A stretch of DNA of 63,969 bases, counting the filler, from Octopus bimaculoides (taxonomy: Eukaryota), in NCBI RefSeq assembly GCF_001194135.2. It is 8 parts of 7 records of this genome, joined end to end, with 100 filler letters (N's around TTAATTAATTAA, not from the genome) between each part and the next. Parts side by side here need not be neighbours in the genome. Positions count along the whole stretch, not along the records: positions 59,211 to 62,793 come from NW_026386545.1; positions 62,894 to 63,969 come from NC_068987.1; 6 more parts are not named here. One strand, written 5' to 3'. The position numbers and the translations under genes were made by a program. Of this stretch, positions 62,118 through 63,969 are shown piece by piece (the stretch's first letter is position 1; each line of letters begins with the position of its first letter). The notes under the pieces are model-generated. The model saw only the letters and a list, made by a program, of their open reading frames with translations. It did no database searches and was not told the origin of the DNA.

Positions 62118-62893
62118 AATTTTACCTAAAAGAGGTTATTTTAACGTACCGATCTACTTGGTAAAAATCATTAATTATTAATTAATTAATCAATTAATTA
62201 ATTTTACCGTGTTATTATTAATATATGCATATATATGTTTGGTGGGTGTTGTTGTGGTTGCTGTTGGTGGTGGTAGTGTTAGTGTTGGTGTTGGTGGTAG
62301 TGGTGGTGTTTCTGTTATGGTTTAACCCCAGGCTAGCCTTGATTGAGTACGCCCAAGATCACGCCTATGATCACAGCCCACAAACAATGATTTAACAGTC
62401 AAAGTCCATCATATTTGTTATTTGAATTGCGTTGTGTGTATGCGTGTATATATGTATATATGTGTGTGTGTGTGTGTGTGCGTGCGCCCGTACGCACGAG
62501 CGCGCGCACGCTCGTATATATGTATGCATGTATGTATGTATGTATGTATGTATGCATATGTGACTGATTGCGCCGTTCCATGAACGAAAAATTCGGATTA
62601 GTAAATTCGCTAGAGTTGTTTCCCTTAGAACGTGATTTTTAGATTTTCAATCCTTTCGCGAAATCGTAAGTAAAGTGCAGCCCATGGAACTTTCTGAATG
62701 GCATGACTAACGAAAAATTATCTTGTACTTTTTATTCGAGAAGTACGGCTCGCGGTACTCTTTGGTTGTCTCACCCTCATTAAAAAATTGCCANNNNNNN
62801 NNNNNNNNNNNNNNNNNNNNNNNNNNNNNNNNNNNNNTTAATTAATTAANNNNNNNNNNNNNNNNNNNNNNNNNNNNNNNNNNNNNNNNNNNN

Positions 62894-62963
<70 letters not shown>

Positions 62964-63525
62964 GTTTATATACGTATATATACATGTTTATATACGTATA
63001 TATACATGTATATATACGTATATATATATATATGTATGTATACGTATATATACGCAAGTATATATACATACATGCGTACAGAGACACACGCATTGTCACA
63101 TATAACACGCGCGAACGATCGCGCGCGCACACAGATACACGCCCACAAACTTACATGCACACGCTAGAACATTTAAAGATTAGTCGTACTCTTCACCAGA
63201 ATTACTATCAAAGGAATCGGTCGCTTGGAAATTATTCTCTCTTACCATATTTACTTTCCATGTTTAAAAAAAAAAAATACATATACAACACTATATATAC
63301 AAACAGAACAACAACAAAAGCACCGTCTCCCTCCTTCTCTCCCTCACTGTTTCTCTCTTTCTCTTTTTCTCTGTCTCTCTGTCTCTTCTTAAAGCTTGAA
63401 TAATGCAATACAAACTTGCAGATTGAAAAGCGTGTTTGTTTTTGTGTGTATTTTACATTGGTTGTTTATTTTTTTTTTTTTTTCCTAGTGCCAGCANNNN
63501 NNNNNNATACACACACGCGCACACA

Positions 63526-63568
<43 letters not shown>

Positions 63569-63969
63569 ATATGTAGTCGTTATTTGTTTTGTCCTTTTTT
63601 GTGCCAGTCTACCAAGTATTCTCTATTATTGCCTGTCTATCTCAAATTAACACCTCCAATTTTTCACTCATCCTCACGCACGTACAGGCTTATGTATGGA
63701 ACTAGACAGATACTGAGACAGAAATTTGTAACACGTACGCTCGGCGTATATTACTCGTAAACACATACTATTTACGTATATGTACGAAGAAGCAAAACGC
63801 ATATTAATATACACGCATGTAGAAACTCACATAAGCATATCTACATACATACACACATACATATATCCATATATATATTTACAGAGAGATGAAAGAGAGG
63901 GATACATACACAAATACATATATTCATGCATATGTAGGTGTGTGTATATATATGTATATATATATATAT

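Overview
AT-rich, gap-riddled, microsatellite-dense eukaryotic DNA. The repeat landscape (tRNA-headed SINEs, RTE and R4 LINEs, Tc1/mariner, long TA/CA/GATA tracts) suggests an octopus or other cephalopod draft assembly; this is inferred and not database-checked. Seven artificial spacers (N44-TTAATTAATTAA-N44) split the window into eight pieces whose adjacency is uncertain. Almost all ORFs in the track are microsatellite, N-run or transposon artefacts. The only host coding sequence I can support is two minus-strand exons (9857-9954, 9321-9446) of an EDEM3-type GH47 ER mannosidase, found from splice sites and absent from the ORF track. The most interesting signal is a set of hammerhead-ribozyme-like motifs in two unrelated tandem repeat families that flank those exons: a ~331-nt unit (three motifs that together rebuild a perfect type I hammerhead) and a ~470-nt unit (two damaged motifs that could complement each other across the unit). 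These resemble Penelope-type/retrozyme elements. The window also has many fold-back inverted repeats, a pre-miRNA-like hairpin, TTAGGG-like tracts and a CpG-depletion boundary near 13 kb.
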